A stretch of DNA of 64,000 nt from Naegleria gruberi (taxonomy: Eukaryota), in the NCBI GenBank assembly GCA_000004985.1, contig GG738871.1. One strand, 5' to 3'. Positions within the stretch are counted from its first letter, which is position 1, and every line of letters starts with the position of its first letter. This document shows positions 61,869-64,000 of this stretch, in pieces. The notes below the pieces were generated by a model, which was not told where the DNA came from, did no database searches, and was given only the letters and a program-made list of their open reading frames with translations. The position numbers were made by a program, and so were the translations under genes.

Positions 61869-63101
61869 ATGAGTAATAATAATAGAACTCAAATTAGTCA
61901 CAATGTTTACCGACCTCAATTATCAACTAGGAATAAGCACAGAGCTTTTCAACATCACACCTTGGACGATGTCGTTTTCAGTACTCAATTTAGAACTCGT
62001 TCAGCATCATTTAATTTTCAACAATCTACTTCTGGCCAAATGACACCCAGAACCTATAGAAAGAAGGTTTTGAAAGAATTGGCTGACTCTGATACACCCT
62101 TTGATCTTTCTGAATGTACATTAAGAGGACATACCAAGAGTATTACATCCCTACACATGATTGGCTCTCGATTTGTCATTTCAGGATCAGCTGACTGCAG
62201 TGTACGTGTCTGGGATTTACAATCAAAGAAGTGTCTTCAAACTCTTTTCGGTCACTCTGGTTGGGTTCGTTCAGTAACCTCCGATTTTGTTGATGTAACA
62301 GAAGGTGAGGAATACGAAAGACTCATTGACGATTTAAAGTTTGTAGTGAGTGGCTCTGGAGATGGTACAATCAGATTGTGGGATGTGAGTAATCCAGACC
62401 TTGAAGAAAAATGTCTGAGAATTCTGAAAGGACATGAAGGAGGTGTCACCTGTGTGAAGAGTGATATCAATGGTGTTATCATCAGTGGTAGTGTTGATAA
62501 GACTGTCAAAGTTTGGGATAAGAATCAGAGTGAATGTGTACAGACTCTAATTGGACATGAAAGATATGTCAAGACACTCCAATTCAAATCTCAATTCCTA
62601 GTGACAGGAGGTGGTGATAAGTGTATGCGTTTGTGGGATTTGCGTTCAGGAAAATGTAATAAGAGAATTAACACTCACGATGCAATTAATGTATTGCAAT
62701 TTACCGATGATAGAATTATTGTTGGTTGCCAGAGTGGACAAATCTTGGACTATGATCTTAAAGCTGGAAAACTTTTGGATTCTCTTGCAAGTCATGGAGG
62801 CCCAATATCTGGATTGAAATTCCTTGGGTCAAGGCTCATATTTTCATCAACTGTACCAATAACTTCAGCATTTAAGAATGGTACAAATGAAACTGCTGCA
62901 TACTCCTCAACAAGAAATTCAACAAGCAAGATGAATGGTAGATCATTCCTCTGCCTTAATCCGATTGAATATAATTTGGAAACAAAGAAAACAACGAGAG
63001 AATTTTTTGGACACATAGGTTCTGTAAATAGTTTAGATTTCAGTTCCACAAAATTGGTGACAGGTTCAACGGACCACACCATTAAATCATGGACACTGTA
63101 A
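61869..63101 (+). CDS. WD40-repeat beta-propeller protein
   Basis: Multiple WD repeats (GHTKSITSLH...GSADCSVRVWDL, GHSGWVRSV...GSGDGTIRLWDV, GHEGGVTCV...GSVDKTVKVWD, GHERYVKTL...GGDKCMRLWDL, GHIGSVNSL...GSTDHTIKSWTL). The frame is open from 61791, and the first ATG is at 61869, 45 nt after the upstream gene's stop. Confidence 0.65.
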   Translation: MSNNNRTQISHNVYRPQLSTRNKHRAFQHHTLDDVVFSTQFRTRSASFNFQQSTSGQMTPRTYRKKVLKELADSDTPFDLSECTLRGHTKSITSLHMIGSRFVISGSADCSVRVWDLQSKKCLQTLFGHSGWVRSVTSDFVDVTEGEEYERLIDDLKFVVSGSGDGTIRLWDVSNPDLEEKCLRILKGHEGGVTCVKSDINGVIISGSVDKTVKVWDKNQSECVQTLIGHERYVKTLQFKSQFLVTGGGDKCMRLWDLRSGKCNKRINTHDAINVLQFTDDRIIVGCQSGQILDYDLKAGKLLDSLASHGGPISGLKFLGSRLIFSSTVPITSAFKNGTNETAAYSSTRNSTSKMNGRSFLCLNPIEYNLETKKTTREFFGHIGSVNSLDFSSTKLVTGSTDHTIKSWTL

Positions 63102-63129
63102 AGACAGGGAATTTTAAGTCAAAATAAAA

Positions 63130-64000
63130 TTTAATAGGACACTTGTATTACTAAAATGATTACAAACACAATTGAGTACAAGAGTGATGGATTGTGGTGA
63201 GTGGAGAGTGGACTTGCATTTTCTGTATCATTGTTCTTTCTCAATAATTCCAAATCAGATTCATTGAAAACCTTCAACTTAACAATTTGATCAATCCATC
63301 CTTTGAAATATGGAACTGATGTGTAGACTCCTCTATTTCTAATAGCATTTCTTGAACATGCAAGTCCTTTTAATTAAAATATTAGCATTTTCAATAAAAT
63401 TAAGAGTTGTACATAAATATTAACACCAATTCAATGTAAAAAAACTCACCATAAGAAACTAATCCAGCTATGGAATAACAATAAAATTCTTCAGATTCTT
63501 CACACGAACCCTTATTCTGAAACAAGGCACTTCCAGAGTCACCACTGCAAGCATCAGAGCCATCCTTACCTGCACATATTTGCCCTCGGTTCCTTGATAT
63601 AGAGAGTCCAATATTTCCACAAGCACGCTCATTCAAGAGTGGAAAATTAGCTTCTTTCAGTAAATAGGTCGATTTCTTATCGTTTGGATCACTGCCCCAA
63701 CCAGCAAGTGTTAAATCAGTTCCTTCTTCGGGATTATCATCTGGAATTTCAATGGGTCTTATGCTTGTTGAAAATTCAACAGCATCTTTCAGCTCAATTA
63801 GAGCAATGTCATTCACAACCTCACTCGAATCATACAATGGATGTGGAATGAGCTGATTGACCTTCTTTCTAATACATCCATTTCGTTTCACATTCATTCT
63901 ACTACTACACTTTCTAAGATTTGAATTTCCCAACACAACACTCAAAGTACTCGCATCTAATTTCCCACCATTATCATCAAAGCAACAGTGACTAGCAGTG
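63130..64000 (-). CDS. Trypsin-like (S1 family) serine protease, partial (5' part beyond window end); hydrophobic C-terminal tail; at least 2 exons
   Basis: Upstream exon runs from at least 64000 down to 63450 and contains the His-site motif TASHCCF (TAAHC), the Asp site DIALIEL, and the Ser site CAGKDGSDACSGDSGSALF. The intron is 63367..63449 (GTGAGT...AAAG, phase 1). The last exon, 63366..63130, encodes GVYTSVPYFKGWIDQ followed by a hydrophobic tail (LLYSIVFVIILVIQVSY*). Confidence 0.7.

Noticed and set aside
1-64000. Prokaryotic operon / CRISPR / phage interpretation
   Set aside because: There are no CRISPR repeats. Genes have GTAAGT...AG introns that restore conserved motifs, both ribosomal-protein genes are the eukaryotic cytosolic L27 and L13a types, and the tRNAs have eukaryotic-type cloverleaves. 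The window is eukaryotic nuclear DNA.
1-64000. Dictyostelium-like or ciliate origin as explanation for AT-richness
   Set aside because: Introns and intergenic regions are only moderately AT-rich (about 70%), not the more than 85% typical of Dictyostelium. Standard stop codons terminate conserved proteins, which argues against ciliate codes.

Overview
This window is compact eukaryotic nuclear DNA, not prokaryotic. It is AT-rich (coding GC roughly 33-38%) and carries about 40 protein-coding genes on both strands. Many have short spliceosomal introns (about 50-115 nt, GTAAGT/GTATGT...AG), and one has a 22-nt microexon. Intergenic spacers are mostly 100-500 bp. Alongside the coding genes there is a solitary 5S rRNA gene with a T5 terminator, and two tRNA genes (Gly-GCC and Lys-UUU). 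The recognisable protein-coding genes are listed with evidence in the features: core eukaryotic and animal-type genes, an expanded F-box/LRR-type set, and a series of small, mostly intronless genes of bacterial or fungal flavour (listed in the gene-mix finding). This mix, together with the base composition and intron style, suggests a bdelloid-rotifer-like genome with horizontally acquired genes, but I cannot confirm the organism. The observations I think most worth a second look are the YbaB homolog sitting next to RPL27, an identical 18-mer (GATTTTTTTTTCGAACAA on the + strand) upstream of both ribosomal-protein genes, the U-box-vWA-Hint fusion, a probably catalytically degenerate receptor cyclase, a large imperfect inverted repeat, a 96-bp tandem duplication, tightly spaced same-strand gene pairs (possible operon-like units or frameshift-joined genes), and an uncharacterised P-loop NTPase. 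All calls rest on reading the translations; no database searches were run.
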